A model generated the notes under the pieces. It saw nothing but the letters and a program-made list of their open reading frames with translations. It searched no databases and was not told the origin of the DNA. Positions 1 to 10,193 of a DNA stretch of 64,000 bases are shown one piece after another. Where the stretch lies: the NCBI GenBank assembly GCA_964594215.1, contig CAZQLN010000004.1, positions 862 through 64,861 on the forward strand, read 5' to 3'. Numbering within the stretch: the first letter of the stretch is position 1; each line of letters opens with the position of its first letter. The position numbers and the translations under genes were made by a program. The DNA comes from an uncultured Bdellovibrionales bacterium. Its GTDB lineage: Bacteria; Patescibacteriota; Minisyncoccia; Moranbacterales; UBA1568.

Positions 1-3000
1 CAGCTCCATCAGCTGAATCAAGAAGATCAACGGCAATAGTTGGAGTGCCACCCTCACTTGATGATGAACCAGAGATACCGTTACCAGCCGTGATGGTAGC
101 GACATAGTTTCCAGTCGTGTCAGTCGTAAGAGCAACAGCGTTTGATGAAATGGTGACTACACCAGCATTGGTGATAGCAGCATCACCACTCATGGTAGCG
201 AAGGCTGGAGCAGTACCAGTGTTACCAAGAAAAAGCTGACCATTAGTACCCGCTGAGGTGACCTGAATAGCACCAGCACTATTACCATAGAGGACTCCAT
301 TAGAAGTGAGGGTGGTAGCTCCGGTACCACCGCTGCTGACCGGAAGAGTGCCTGTAACTTCGGTAGCCAGATTAATATCAGTGCCGAGGGTTGCCGATAC
401 ACTAATAGTACCGCTACCGTTAGTAATAGTGATGCCACTCCCTTGAGTAAGCGTTGCGAGAGAGAAACCGGCTCCATTACCAATCAATAATTCTCCATTG
501 TTTGTAAGAGAAGCGTCTACGCCTGTACCACCGTACTGAGGCGTAATAACTGTACCGTTCCACACAGCGCTTGTGAATGTCTGACCACCATTTATAGTAG
601 CTATAACTCCGGATACGTTTGGTAAAGTCAATGTTCTATTAGATGACAGATCACCAGCATCAAGTGTGGCATAAAAAGTATCTCCGGCTGATTCCAATAA
701 CAATAGTTCACTAGCCGCATTATTCAAAATAATGTCGAAAGCACCTGTCTGAGTCCAATCACTCGTTAGATCTCCTAGAGCTAATGTCGGAGTAGCTCCT
801 TCTGAAGCAGCAGAACCACTCAAACCATTACCAGCGGTGATGGTAGCGACATAGTTTCCAGTAGTATCTGTAGAGAGAGCTACTGCATCAGCTGAAATAG
901 TCACCACTCCCGCATTAGTGATAGCAGCATCACCACTCATAGTGGCAAAAGCTGGAGCACCAGCGGTAACTCCTAAGAGGAGTTGGCCGTTAGTACCAGC
1001 ATTCGTAACTTGAACAGCGCCAGTACCATTACCAAGGAGTATTCTATTAGCAGTAAGCGTGGTGGTGCCAGTGCCTCCACTCGTCACTGGTAAAGTACCT
1101 GTTACTTCTGAGGCAAGATCAATATCGGTGCCAAGCGTTGCTGTGATTGTAAGCGTACCAGCTCCTTCAGTAACGGTAATACCTGCACCATCAGTGATCG
1201 TAGCTAATGAATAACCGGTTCCATTACCAATGAGTAATGTTCCGTTAGGTGCAGAGCCACCATTGACCCCCGTACCACCACGAGATGGATTGAGTTGGTT
1301 TTCACCTTGTAGTGATGAGGTTCCTGTAAAGTAGGCGACCTGACCAGCAGATCCAGAAGCGGTCGCACCACCTACACCGGATACTGAAGCACATGACCAC
1401 TCATTGGTAGTATTGTTCCATGACAACACATCATCTTGAACACAACCCTGAAGCAACGTCAGTTCGTTTGAACCACCTCCTTGGAACTCTAATCCTGAGT
1501 TTGATGAAGTAATACCAGTGCCATCTTGAGTATCTAATAAATCAATAGCCAGAGTCGGAGTAGCTCCTTCACTTGAGGCCGTTCCCGAGATACCACTTCC
1601 AGCAGTAATAGTAGCTACATAGTTCCCAACAGTATCAGTAGTAAGATCTACAGAATCACCACTGATAGTTAAGACTCCTGTATTGGATACCACCGCATCT
1701 CCAGAAAGAGTAGTGAAAATTGGTGCACCTCCAGTATTACCTAACAGGAGTTGTCCGTTTGTACCCGCTGCAGTTACCTGTATAGCTGAGGTGCCGTTAC
1801 CGTAGAGAATTCCATTCGTAGTAAGGCTCGCTGCGCCTGTACCTCCATTGGTGACCGGGAGGGTGCCGGTAACTTCAGTGGTGAGATCAACACTAGCACC
1901 AAGGGAAGCAGCTACCGTGATAGTGCCGGCGCCATTAGTAATGCTGATACCCCCACCTTGAGTCAAGGTAGCGAGAGTGTAACCACTTCCATTACCGATA
2001 AGAAGAGTTCCATTGGCAGCAGAGCTTCCGTCTACACCAGTACCTCCGTACTGTGCTCCAACAGCAGTACCATTCCAGACAGCACTTGTAAAAGTTTGCC
2101 CTCCATCAAGAGTAGCGAGAGTCCCCGTAGCATTTGGTAACGTAAGTGTACGATTACCAGAAAGATCAGCAGCATCTAAGGTAGCGTAGAAAGTGGCCCC
2201 AGCAGATTCAAGAAGTGAAAGTTCTGAAGAAGCATTGTTTAAGACAATGTCGAAAGCACCATTCTGATTCCAATTAGCAGTAAGGTCTCCTAAGGCCAAT
2301 GTCGGTGTACCACCTTCAGTAGCTACTCCTCCAGAAATACCGTTACCATTGGTAATGCTAGCAATGTAATTACCCGTAGTGTTGGTACCAAGAGCAATGA
2401 GGTCATTGAGAGAGCTTGCTCCCGTACCACCATTTGCTACTGGGAGAACACCGGTCACTTCCGTGGTGAGGTCTACAGTAGTACCAAGAGTACTGGCTAC
2501 GGTAATACTTCCTGATCCATTAGTAATCGTAATGCCAGAACCTTGAGTAAGAGTGGTGAGCGAATAGCCAGAGCCATTACCGATGAGTAGTGTTCCGTTA
2601 GCGGCGGCTGATCCATTTACACCCGTTCCGCCACGCAAAGGTGCTAACTGAGCTTCTGAGGCTACGACACTGCTACTTGTAAAATAAGCCACCTGATTAG
2701 CGCTCCCTGTTCCCGTGATACCTCCAGCACCTGACACCGACGAACAAGACCAAACATCAGTCGTATCATTCCATGATAAAACATCATTGTTAGTACAACC
2801 TTGAAGCAAAGTGAGTTGGTTGTTGCTGGCACCTTGAAACTCTAATCCAGAGTTTGAATTAGTAGCTCCACTACCATCGGCAGAGTTCAGAATATTAACA
2901 GCCAATGTCGGTGCACCACCTTCAGTAGCTACTCCTCCAGAAATACCGTTACCATTGGTAATGCTAGCAATGTAATTACCCGTAGTGTTGGTACCAAGAG

Positions 3001-5200
3001 CAATGAGGTCATTGAGAGAGCTTGCTCCCGTACCACCATTTGCTACTGGGAGAACACCAGTGACTTCACTAGAAAGATCTACCTGAGTTCCGAGGGTTGA
3101 CGCAATAGTGATACTGCCGCCGCCATTGGTCACCGTGATACCACTACCCTGAGTCAGAGTAGCCAGTGAGTAACCGCTCCCGTTACCGATCAAAAGTGAT
3201 CCATTAGCAGCAGAGCTACCATCTACACCAGTACCTCCACGAGATGGATTGAGCTGTGCTTCTCCTTGTAACGAAGAAGCTCCTGTAAAATACGCTACTT
3301 GGCCAGCAGATCCAGAAGCGGTCGCGCCACCCACACCAGATACAGAAGCACAACCCCATTCATTGGTGGTATTGTTCCAAGAAAGTACATCATCCTGGGC
3401 ACAGCCCTGAAGCAGAGTCAATTCGTTAGTACCACTTCCCTGAAACTCTAAACCGGAGAATGATGCAACTGCGCCGGCTCCATCAGCAGAATCAAGAAGG
3501 TCGATAGCGATAGTAGCTGCCCCTCCTTCACTCGCTGAAGATCCGCTAATACCATTACCACTGTTAATAGTTGCTACATAGTTACCAGTCGTATCAGTAC
3601 TCAATGCAACTGAATCTGAAGAAATAGTAATTACTCCGCTACTTGTAATTGTCGCGTCACCCGAGAGAGTGGCAAACGTCGGTGCACCAGCAGTAACTCC
3701 TAAGAGGAGTTGACCATTGGTACCGGCTGAGGTGACTTGAACGGCACCAGTACCATTACCATAGAGGACTCCATTAGAAGTGAGGGTGGTAGCTCCGGTG
3801 CCTCCGTTAGCGACTGGAAGAGTGCCTGTTACTTCGGTGGTGAGGTCAACCGTAGTACCAAGAGTGCTCGCTACGGTGATACTGCCTGATCCATTGGTGA
3901 TAGTGATACCTGAGCCTTGAGTAAGAGTGGCTAGTGAGTAACCACTACCGTTACCAATCAAGAGAGAACCATTAGCGGCTGAACTACCGTCTACACCAGT
4001 ACCTCCACGAGATGGATTGAGCTGATTCTCGCCAGCTAGTGAGGAGATTCCATTCCAGTAAGCGACCTGACCACTCGTACCTGTACCTGTGAGCCCTGCT
4101 GAAAAAGAAGTACACTCCCAAACATTTGTCGCATCATTCCAACTCACTCCCTGCCCATTAGAACAACCCTGAAGCAAAGTCAATTCATTATTGCCAGCTC
4201 CACCAAACTCAAGACCCGAATTTGATGAGGTTGCCCCTGCTCCATCGGCTGAGTCTAGAAGATCAATAGCAATTGTCGGAATACTTCCTTCGCCAGTCAA
4301 TCCCCCACTAATACCATTACCATTGGTAATACTCGCTACATAATCACCGGTAGTATCAGTGCCAAGATCGATACTACCAGAAGCTCCAACACTGATGTCA
4401 GAAAAAGTTGATCCATCGTTAGAGAGTTCCCATGCTTGAGTCGTACCGTTGTAGCGAAGAGCTGGCGCATTTGTAGCGCTTGATACTGTGAGATCGAAAT
4501 TATTACCACTCAGTGCCGTACCAGATCCAATATTGAAAATCTGCTCAGTCGTTCCAGTGTCTGTGTTTTGCGCATGAATATCATCAAGAATTTTATCATT
4601 ATCCTTGAGATAACCTTTGATGGCACTTGCTGGTAATGCTGGAATAAAACTAGCGTCCAGTTTTCCACCCTTATCAAGAACCGGAATGTCACCTTCATTG
4701 GTTCCAACGGTTCTTCCTTGGAGGAACTGCGTATTGAGAGCACGAGGTACAGAACCCAACTTCTTACGCGGTGTCATTTCGGAGTCACCTGCAACACGAA
4801 TACCGATATAGTAATCTCCCGAATCAAAGTTAATGGCATTAGAAAATGCATTGATACCTCCAAGAGAAGCTCGGAAAATACCGTTTTTGACTTCTACAGT
4901 TTGAGTTTCTTCCCAAAGTTTAGGATCAGAATTTGATGGATAGGCATCGGCGGTAGTACGATTTGCTGCATACAAAGCGAAGCGAACCTCATAAGTTCCA
5001 TTGGTAACAATCTGGTTATCTGAGTTAAAAAGCGATGCCGAGATAGAAATGAGGCGAATTGAGTTCGAATTTGATTGGTTTGACTGCGCAAAAACAGACT
5101 TTTGGTTAAAGCCCCACCCGATTATCACCACCAAGCTTAAAGCTATGAAGAGTGATGTGTATGCTGTTTTTCGGTTTTTATTTTTTACATAAAATAGCAT
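1..5200 (-). CDS. Giant secreted/cell-surface repeat protein, N-terminal 1,733 codons. The 3' end lies beyond position 1. Start ATG at 5200-5198 with a signal peptide (MLFYVKNKNRKTAYTSLFIALSLVVIIGWGFNQKSVFAQS). The body is 200-250 aa repeats with recurring motifs TEVTG(T/V)LPV(A/T/S)NGGTGA(T/S)(T/S)L, LLIGNGSGYSLATLTQGSGITITNG and TTGNYVA(T/S)ITxGNGISG.
   Basis: I translated the minus strand by hand in the frame whose codon first bases are congruent to 1 mod 3. The frame agrees at both ends (5200 and 58) and I met no stops in the stretches checked. The ORF track omits it because no stop falls inside the window. Nucleotide repeats of variable period (about 600-765 nt) are plainly visible. Confidence 0.6.
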   Translation of the reverse strand, partial: MLFYVKNKNRKTAYTSLFIALSLVVIIGWGFNQKSVFAQSNQSNSNSIRLISISASLFNSDNQIVTNGTYEVRFALYAANRTTADAYPSNSDPKLWEETQTVEVKNGIFRASLGGINAFSNAINFDSGDYYIGIRVAGDSEMTPRKKLGSVPRALNTQFLQGRTVGTNEGDIPVLDKGGKLDASFIPALPASAIKGYLKDNDKILDDIHAQNTDTGTTEQIFNIGSGTALSGNNFDLTVSSATNAPALRYNGTTQAWELSNDGSTFSDISVGASGSIDLGTDTTGDYVASITNGNGISGGLTGEGSIPTIAIDLLDSADGAGATSSNSGLEFGGAGNNELTLLQGCSNGQGVSWNDATNVWECTSFSAGLTGTGTSGQVAYWNGISSLAGENQLNPSRGGTGVDGSSAANGSLLIGNGSGYSLATLTQGSGITITNGSGSITVASTLGTTVDLTTEVTGTLPVANGGTGATTLTSNGVLYGNGTGAVQVTSAGTNGQLLLGVTAGAPTFATLSGDATITSSGVITISSDSVALSTDTTGNYVATINSGNGISGSSASEGGAATIAIDLLDSADGAGAVASFSGLEFQGSGTNELTLLQGCAQDDVLSWNNTTNEWGCASVSGVGGATASGSAGQVAYFTGASSLQGEAQLNPSRGGTGVDGSSAANGSLLIGNGSGYSLATLTQGSGITVTNGGGSITIASTLGTQVDLSSEVTGVLPVANGGTGASSLNDLIALGTNTTGNYIASITNGNGISGGVATEGGAPTLAVNILNSADGSGATNSNSGLEFQGASNNQLTLLQGCTNNDVLSWNDTTDVWSCSSVSGAGGITGTGSANQVAYFTSSSVVASEAQLAPLRGGTGVNGSAAANGTLLIGNGSGYSLTTLTQGSGITITNGSGSITVASTLGTTVDLTTEVTGVLPVANGGTGASSLNDLIALGTNTTGNYIASITNGNGISGGVATEGGTPTLALGDLTANWNQNGAFDIVLNNASSELSLLESAGATFYATLDAADLSGNRTLTLPNATGTLATLDGGQTFTSAVWNGTAVGAQYGGTGVDGSSAANGTLLIGNGSGYTLATLTQGGGISITNGAGTITVAASLGASVDLTTEVTGTLPVTNGGTGAASLTTNGILYGNGTSAIQVTAAGTNGQLLLGNTGGAPIFTTLSGDAVVSNTGVLTISGDSVDLTTDTVGNYVATITAGSGISGTASSEGATPTLAIDLLDTQDGTGITSSNSGLEFQGGGSNELTLLQGCVQDDVLSWNNTTNEWSCASVSGVGGATASGSAGQVAYFTGTSSLQGENQLNPSRGGTGVNGGSAPNGTLLIGNGTGYSLATITDGAGITVTEGAGTLTITATLGTDIDLASEVTGTLPVTSGGTGTTTLTANRILLGNGTGAVQVTNAGTNGQLLLGVTAGAPAFATMSGDAAITNAGVVTISADAVALSTDTTGNYVATITAGNGLSGSAASEGATPTLALGDLTSDWTQTGAFDIILNNAASELLLLESAGDTFYATLDAGDLSSNRTLTLPNVSGVIATINGGQTFTSAVWNGTVITPQYGGTGVDASLTNNGELLIGNGAGFSLATLTQGSGITITNGSGTISVSATLGTDINLATEVTGTLPVSSGGTGATTLTSNGVLYGNSAGAIQVTSAGTNGQLFLGNTGTAPAFATMSGDAAITNAGVVTISSNAVALTTDTTGNYVATITAGNGISGSSSSEGGTPTIAVDLLDSADGA

Positions 5201-5329
5201 GGAAATGGAATCATTATTCCTCTACAAGTATACCACGATTTTTGCTTTGCCAATAGTCTTTTTGTGTATAACTTGCAAAGAAAATCCCGCCTATTTTTGG
5301 GTCGAGATTTTCGTCAAATTTTCACCAAA

Positions 5330-6082
5330 TTATTTATCAACTGCCCATCCAAATGTATCCCCCACAGCCCCCGCAATGAGGTCAAAAAGAGATACCGTTT
5401 TGGAGCCAGTAGATACAGCGTAGGAATCACTCGAAAACTTGTTACCAAATCGATCTTCAGCATTAATCACATAGATATAGGTCGATGCCTGTTCAAGAGC
5501 AGGAATGATAATACTATGACTAAAGCTATAGTCACTTTCCGTAATATCTTGCTTCTCTTGGCCAACCTTGGAATATTGGATAGTTGATTTAGCCAACTTA
5601 TTGGTACTCCAAGTCAATACAAGTTTTACGCCCTGATTATTTTTTTCGGTAAATGACTCCCCACGAACGCCTGATATCTCGAGTGGCTCAGGAGAATCTT
5701 CCAACAAAATCAATTCAGCTTCACCTCCAATAGCTATATCACCAACTTTATAACTTTCGCTTTCATACTGAGCGGTACCAAAAAGAGCATCAGTACTCAA
5801 GGTATCAAGTGAAGGTGGAGCCGCTTGTAAATTCTGTGACTTAGGTTGTTCTGTTGGTACCGGAATTGCCTCCTCGGTCACATCGGGTTTAGCTGAGAAG
5901 CGCGTATACGCAAACCACCCTATTCCACCCAACAAAAAAAGAAGGAGTAGTATGATTATCCACTTCTTTTTTGACTTCTTTTTTTCCTCACCCGCACCAC
6001 CCGCTTGAACATCGGGAGTGGCTATTGGCTCAGCCATAGATACGTTCACGTACACGCTTTTTAGATACAAATAGTATACCAC
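5330..6082 (-). CDS. Hypothetical single-pass membrane protein with a K-rich cytoplasmic N-terminus, one TM helix (WIIILLLLFLLGGIGWFAY) and an extracytoplasmic beta-rich domain. The true start may be the internal Met (MAEPIATP).
   Basis: 250-aa ORF directly upstream of, and co-directional with, the giant repeat gene. No recognisable family. Confidence 0.4.
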   Translation of the reverse strand: MVYYLYLKSVYVNVSMAEPIATPDVQAGGAGEEKKKSKKKWIIILLLLFLLGGIGWFAYTRFSAKPDVTEEAIPVPTEQPKSQNLQAAPPSLDTLSTDALFGTAQYESESYKVGDIAIGGEAELILLEDSPEPLEISGVRGESFTEKNNQGVKLVLTWSTNKLAKSTIQYSKVGQEKQDITESDYSFSHSIIIPALEQASTYIYVINAEDRFGNKFSSDSYAVSTGSKTVSLFDLIAGAVGDTFGWAVDK

Positions 6083-6179
6083 GAAAAACTGCCAATGCTA
6101 AGCAAAAAAACAGCCTTTTCTTGATTGTATTCTACAAAGACATCTATACTACCCTTACGCTTATTTTTTAGGATATTTT

Positions 6180-7274
6180 ATGTCTCATAACTACATCGTT
6201 ATTATGGCTGGTGGATCCGGCACTCGTCTCTGGCCTCTTTCACGTAAGAATGATCCTAAACAATTTCACGCCTTTCTTTCGGAACGTACTCTTCTTCAAG
6301 AAACTTATGACCGAGCTCTTCTTGTCGCTCCCGCTTCTCATATTTATATCTCAACTGCTTCAGCTTACCGGGAACGGGTTCTCGAACAAATCCCTGTTGT
6401 TGACGTCGATCATCTTATTCTCGAGCCCAGCGCTAGAAATACTGCTCCCGCCATCACATTGGTAGCAGCCACTCTACAAGCATTTGACCCAGAGGCGATA
6501 GTAGCCACCATTGCATCTGATCATGCTATCGATAATGATGAAGAATTTGTAGCTACTCTTCAAACAGCCTTTGAAATCATCGATAAATATCCCCAAACTC
6601 TTACTACTATTGGCATCAATCCTACCAAACCCGACACTGGTCTAGGATACATTAAAATAGGTGAGGAATGCCCCTTTCAAGGCAAAAAAAGGGTATTTTT
6701 CATTGATGAATTCAAGGAAAAACCTGACACTGAAACAGCTCTTCGTTACACAGAAGAGTGGGGCTATCTTTGGAATGCTGGCTACTTTATTTTTAAAACG
6801 AATACCTTACTTGATTGGATGCAAAACTGTTCTCCAGAACTCGTCTCCGGTATCCACTCCCTTCTTCTTGCTCAAGATGACGCAGCGCGAACACTTGCTT
6901 ACGAAACCTGTCCAAGTGAACCGATAGAGCCGTTGATGATTGAAAAACTCTCACCCGAAGAGCGCTTAGTTATTCCAAGCAGTCTCCAGTGGAGTGATGT
7001 TGGTAACTGGAGTACCTTATTACAGTTTTTACGAGAGAAAAAAGGTCTTTCTCATATCACTGAACAACCTCATCTTGATCTCGGTAGCCACAATATTCTT
7101 ATTAAAAGTAGTGTGCCAAAAGATGCTCGTAAAAAAATAGTTACTTTAGGTCTAGAGGATATTGTTATTATTGATACTCCCGATGTATTGTTTATTGCCA
7201 ACCAAGATAAAACAAACTCTGAAATGAAAAATCTCATCGAGAAAATAAAAGGGAACAACCTGGAATTACTCTAA
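6180..7274 (+). CDS. Sugar-phosphate nucleotidyltransferase, mannose-1-phosphate guanylyltransferase-like
   Basis: N-terminal IVIMAGGSGTRLWPLSR nucleotidyltransferase signature. Length 364 aa. Confidence 0.6.
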   Translation: MSHNYIVIMAGGSGTRLWPLSRKNDPKQFHAFLSERTLLQETYDRALLVAPASHIYISTASAYRERVLEQIPVVDVDHLILEPSARNTAPAITLVAATLQAFDPEAIVATIASDHAIDNDEEFVATLQTAFEIIDKYPQTLTTIGINPTKPDTGLGYIKIGEECPFQGKKRVFFIDEFKEKPDTETALRYTEEWGYLWNAGYFIFKTNTLLDWMQNCSPELVSGIHSLLLAQDDAARTLAYETCPSEPIEPLMIEKLSPEERLVIPSSLQWSDVGNWSTLLQFLREKKGLSHITEQPHLDLGSHNILIKSSVPKDARKKIVTLGLEDIVIIDTPDVLFIANQDKTNSEMKNLIEKIKGNNLELL

Positions 7275-7278
7275 GCTG

Positions 7279-8400
7279 TTATCCCAGATGATCTTTTTTA
7301 TAGGCATCCTCGATCTTTCTCATGATTTCTTGCTCCATTACATGATGAGCCTCGTTTTCTAATGTTCCAGGCGTATCATATTCATACTTATCGTAAGCTT
7401 GACGATAGGTCTTTCCCTCACTGATCGATCTGTATTCAGATCGTATCATTGAAGCATAGTGTAAAGCATAGGCTCTTAATGGATTGTCATTATATTGCTT
7501 AGCATGAGCCATCTCAGCAAGCCAATCCCTTCCTTTATCCAAAGGATTTATATACAGCGTATTAGATGAAGCCATATAATACGCTCTGCCTGTCTGTCTT
7601 TGAGTTTTCAGATCTTCACGTTTTTGTCCTGGTTTATCAAAAATAAAACGAATCTTTGGATTACCTAATTCTTTTTGCATCTCCCAAATAACTCGGTAAG
7701 CCCTTGGATCAAACTGCATGAATTGACCTACTCCATCAAACTCTTCATCTGCCCTCTTTTTTTGTTCCGATCCACCCCCAAAAATCCCCTCATGTAAATC
7801 AGCGTGTTTTTTTCTAAGCTCTACTGCACTCATATGAGAGAGCTCCTCTGGCACATCCAAAGCTAAAGTAAGATACTCTTCTGCTAGGCTACTCCTATAC
7901 ATTTCGAGTTTCAGATCTTCTGGTAATGGATCTTTACCTAGAAGATAGTTGAGATTTTTCGTTGTTTCAGGATCTTCATGTTCATACCTAATACCATCTG
8001 TTGTTTTTGTTTCTGCTACCGTGTAGCGAGTGGCGTAATAGCTAGCAGTTGAACCAGCCGCTGAAAAAAGGGCTGCGGCCCCCGCTATCTTTCCGATATT
8101 TTTTTTAATCAGATGGAAAACTCTCACAACAGCTCTCTTTTTCAACTTACCATCCTTAATATTCTCGATTTTTTCAGGTAAAGTTTCGATCTGCTGAGCT
8201 ATCTCATAAACTTCTTCTTCAGTGCCAATTCCAATCAACTCAGAAAAATGTTCCCTCAGATCACTCGTACTTTCAATATTTTGAGCTTTTTCAAATTCAT
8301 CCGGTTTTCCAAGTTCCTGGTGCAAGTCACTCTCCAACTTCGAATGTTCCTTAAACACGGCTTTGTTGTTAATGTGAAACAATTTTTCCCAATAATGCAT
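7279..8400 (-). CDS. Hypothetical protein with one predicted TM segment. It lies downstream of parB and overlaps it by 32 nt.
   Basis: 373-aa ORF. No family recognised. Confidence 0.4.
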   Translation of the reverse strand: MHYWEKLFHINNKAVFKEHSKLESDLHQELGKPDEFEKAQNIESTSDLREHFSELIGIGTEEEVYEIAQQIETLPEKIENIKDGKLKKRAVVRVFHLIKKNIGKIAGAAALFSAAGSTASYYATRYTVAETKTTDGIRYEHEDPETTKNLNYLLGKDPLPEDLKLEMYRSSLAEEYLTLALDVPEELSHMSAVELRKKHADLHEGIFGGGSEQKKRADEEFDGVGQFMQFDPRAYRVIWEMQKELGNPKIRFIFDKPGQKREDLKTQRQTGRAYYMASSNTLYINPLDKGRDWLAEMAHAKQYNDNPLRAYALHYASMIRSEYRSISEGKTYRQAYDKYEYDTPGTLENEAHHVMEQEIMRKIEDAYKKDHLG

Positions 8401-9313
8401 CTAGCTCTTCTTCTGAGTAGTATTCAAGTATGACTCGTCCACCTTTACCGCTTGGTGTGATTTTGACTTTGGTACCAAGAAGTTGTGTTAACTCGTCTGC
8501 TTTAGCGGCAAGCATTACTTGCTCTGGTTTCTGAACGCGTACATGAGATTTTACTACGACACTTCGTACCTTGTTTTCAGTTTCACGAACAGTTAGTTCT
8601 TCGCTCAAAATCAATTCAAAAACAGCGCGCTGTTTTTCTTTGTTTTCAATACCAAGAAGTGCTTTGGCATGACCTTCACTAATTTTGCCTTCACTCACAG
8701 CTCGTTGCATATCTACTGGTAGCTGCAACAGACGCACACTGTTAGCGACAGCGCTGCGGCTTTTACCCATTTTACGAGCTACCTCTTCCTGATTCATGCC
8801 AAATTCATGGAGCAAACGTTGGTAAGCCTTACTTTCTTCAATTGGATTCAAATTATGTCGCTGGATGTTTTCAATAATTGCAAGCTCCAGTTTTGTCTGT
8901 TCACTAGCAACGCGAATAATCACTGGTACCTCGCTCAAACCAGCCCTTTTGGCTGCTTGAAAACGCCTTTCTCCTGCAATAAGTTCGTAGTGTTCGCCAG
9001 CCTCAGTCACTACCAGGGGCTGCAAAATACCATGTTCTTTGATAGATTCAGTAAGTTCCATCAACTTCGTTTCATCAAAATGAGTTCTCGGTTGATGTGG
9101 GTTTGGTACGATCAATGAAATAGCCACTGTTCTCCCATCTTTATTTTTTTCTCTTCCCTGAACATTCGCTTGAGGTTCTCTTAAGTTCGTTTTTTCAAAC
9201 ATGAAACTCCCGCCAGCTACTGGAGTATGTGTGCTTTCCTCTTCTCGAGATTCTTCTTTTTTCGGTGGAATCAGTGATGCCAATCCCCTCCCAAGCCCGT
9301 ACTGTTGTGCCAT
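8369..9313 (-). CDS. parB: Chromosome partitioning protein ParB/Spo0J
   Basis: ParB box GERRFQAAKRAGL...VPVII and HTH region. Directly follows parA. Confidence 0.85.
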   Translation of the reverse strand: MAQQYGLGRGLASLIPPKKEESREEESTHTPVAGGSFMFEKTNLREPQANVQGREKNKDGRTVAISLIVPNPHQPRTHFDETKLMELTESIKEHGILQPLVVTEAGEHYELIAGERRFQAAKRAGLSEVPVIIRVASEQTKLELAIIENIQRHNLNPIEESKAYQRLLHEFGMNQEEVARKMGKSRSAVANSVRLLQLPVDMQRAVSEGKISEGHAKALLGIENKEKQRAVFELILSEELTVRETENKVRSVVVKSHVRVQKPEQVMLAAKADELTQLLGTKVKITPSGKGGRVILEYYSEEELDALLGKIVSH

Positions 9314-9316
9314 AGT

Positions 9317-10117
9317 TTAGACAATCTTAATTTTCTTTTTTTCATCAACTTCACGAGTAATTATTTCTTTGGCTACAGCCTTATACGCTCGAGCCCCTTT
9401 GGAAAAAGCATCGAAATCCAAAATAGATTTACCGAAACTCGGTGCTTCAGCAAGACGGATTGACCGTGGGATAACACTCTCAAACACTGGTCCCGGAAAA
9501 TGTACTCTCACCTCACTTACTACTTGGCGAGCTAAACGATTCCGCCGATCAAACATTGTAAGGAGTGCACCACAGATTTTGAGATTTGGCTGTAAACGAT
9601 CGCGTACCAACTCAATAGTACCGAGCAACTGACTCAACCCTTCAAGTGCATAATACTCTGTTTGTACCGGGATGACTACTTCATCAGAAGCTACCAAACC
9701 ATTGATGGTAAGCAGCCCAAGTGATGGCGGACTGTCGATTAAAATATAGTCGTAGTACGGCTTGATTTGGCGTAGTACATTTTGCAAACGATACTCTCTA
9801 CCCTCAAGGTGAACCATCTCTATTTCAGCCCCCGCTAAATCCTGAGCGGCTGGAATAACATGGAAATTTTCTGTCTCTGTTTGAAGAATAATCTCTTGAG
9901 GAGGTAACCCTCCAATCATTGAGTGGTAAAGGTTTTTGCTCATTGCTCTTGGATCGATACCCAAACCAGATGAAGCGTTGCCCTGAGGATCAAGATCCAC
10001 TAACAGCACTCGTCTCCCGAGTTCAGCTAGGTAACGAGCTACATTAATAGTCGACGTGGTCTTACCAACCCCGCCCTTCTGATTGATAAACCCAATTGTT
10101 TTGGCCATCATAAACAC
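9317..10117 (-). CDS. parA: Chromosome partitioning ATPase ParA/Soj
   Basis: Deviant Walker A KGGVGKTT, then ILIDSPPSLG. Confidence 0.85.
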   Translation of the reverse strand: MFMMAKTIGFINQKGGVGKTTSTINVARYLAELGRRVLLVDLDPQGNASSGLGIDPRAMSKNLYHSMIGGLPPQEIILQTETENFHVIPAAQDLAGAEIEMVHLEGREYRLQNVLRQIKPYYDYILIDSPPSLGLLTINGLVASDEVVIPVQTEYYALEGLSQLLGTIELVRDRLQPNLKICGALLTMFDRRNRLARQVVSEVRVHFPGPVFESVIPRSIRLAEAPSFGKSILDFDAFSKGARAYKAVAKEIITREVDEKKKIKIV

Positions 10118-10148
10118 GCTTGTTCAATTCCACTCTAGTATACGCGAT

Positions 10149-10177
10149 TGACAAGTGAGAATCAATTTTCTATGCTT
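10149..10177 (+). promoter_or_regulatory. Sigma70-type promoter TTGACA-N17-TATGCT upstream of tRNA-Leu
   Basis: Consensus -35 with 17-nt spacer. Ends about 16 nt before the tRNA 5' end. Confidence 0.4.
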
Positions 10178-10193
10178 GGTCTAGCGAAAAATC

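Noticed and set aside
1-5100. Possible CRISPR array or non-coding tandem repeat, because of the obvious periodic nucleotide repeats
   Set aside because: The repeat period is variable (600-765 nt) and far larger than CRISPR repeat-spacer units. There is no short invariant repeat. The whole region forms one open reading frame on the minus strand encoding protein repeats.
190-5192. ORF-track entries inside the giant gene region (190..483-, 1958..2140+, 4510..4743-, 4617..4811+, 4718..4936+, 4894..5091-, 5001..5192+)
   Set aside because: They are short, lie in frames other than the continuous signal-peptide-initiated frame, and have no RBS. They are shadow ORFs of the giant minus-strand gene.
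5199-5587. Plus-strand ORFs 5199..5423 and 5264..5587
   Set aside because: They overlap the promoter region of the giant gene and the 3' end of the 5330..6082 gene on the opposite strand. They have no RBS and low-complexity products.
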